Of a stretch of 32,554 nucleotides of DNA, positions 32,526 to 32,554 are shown piece after piece (the stretch's first letter is position 1; each line of letters begins with the position of its first letter). The stretch is from Camelus dromedarius (taxonomy: Eukaryota). The stretch lies in assembly GCF_036321535.1 (NCBI RefSeq), contig NC_087438.1, forward strand, positions 106,237,447 through 106,270,000, given 5' to 3'. The notes under the pieces were generated by a model. The model ran no database searches. It saw only the letters and a list, made by a program, of their open reading frames with translations, and was not told where the DNA came from. The translations under genes and the position numbers were made by a program.

Positions 32526-32554
32526 AGTCTAATCTAGGGGTGCATTCTTGGGAA

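Noticed and set aside
21000-32554. SYNPO coding exons
   Set aside because: None of the ORFs resembles the recalled synaptopodin N-terminus or core, so the coding exons probably lie beyond the window.

Overview
Mammalian genomic DNA, most likely camelid, judged from two Vic-1-type tRNA-derived SINEs and camelid-like L1 3' ends. It comes from a draft assembly with three N gaps. The window opens with the last coding exon of NDST1 (+ strand, 14-133), followed by its roughly 4.9 kb 3' UTR ending near an AATAAA at 5018. The rest is non-coding; SYNPO is the expected downstream neighbour by human synteny, but none of its coding exons is recognisable here. The most structured part is a nested retroelement stack at about 8.8-20.4 kb. 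An old L1MB-like LINE is interrupted by (i) a younger L1 that itself carries an apparent L1 3'-transduction with a perfect 16-bp TSD, and (ii) a deleted two-LTR class III (ERVL-like) provirus with pol remnants, an Arg-like PBS and a solo ERV1-type LTR inside it. A SINE sits in the old L1's tail. The remainder holds MIR, L2, old L1, MER5 and MLT2 fragments, microsatellites and several candidate regulatory motifs. I found no new protein-coding system. Repeat family names come from recalled consensus sequences and were not searched against a database.
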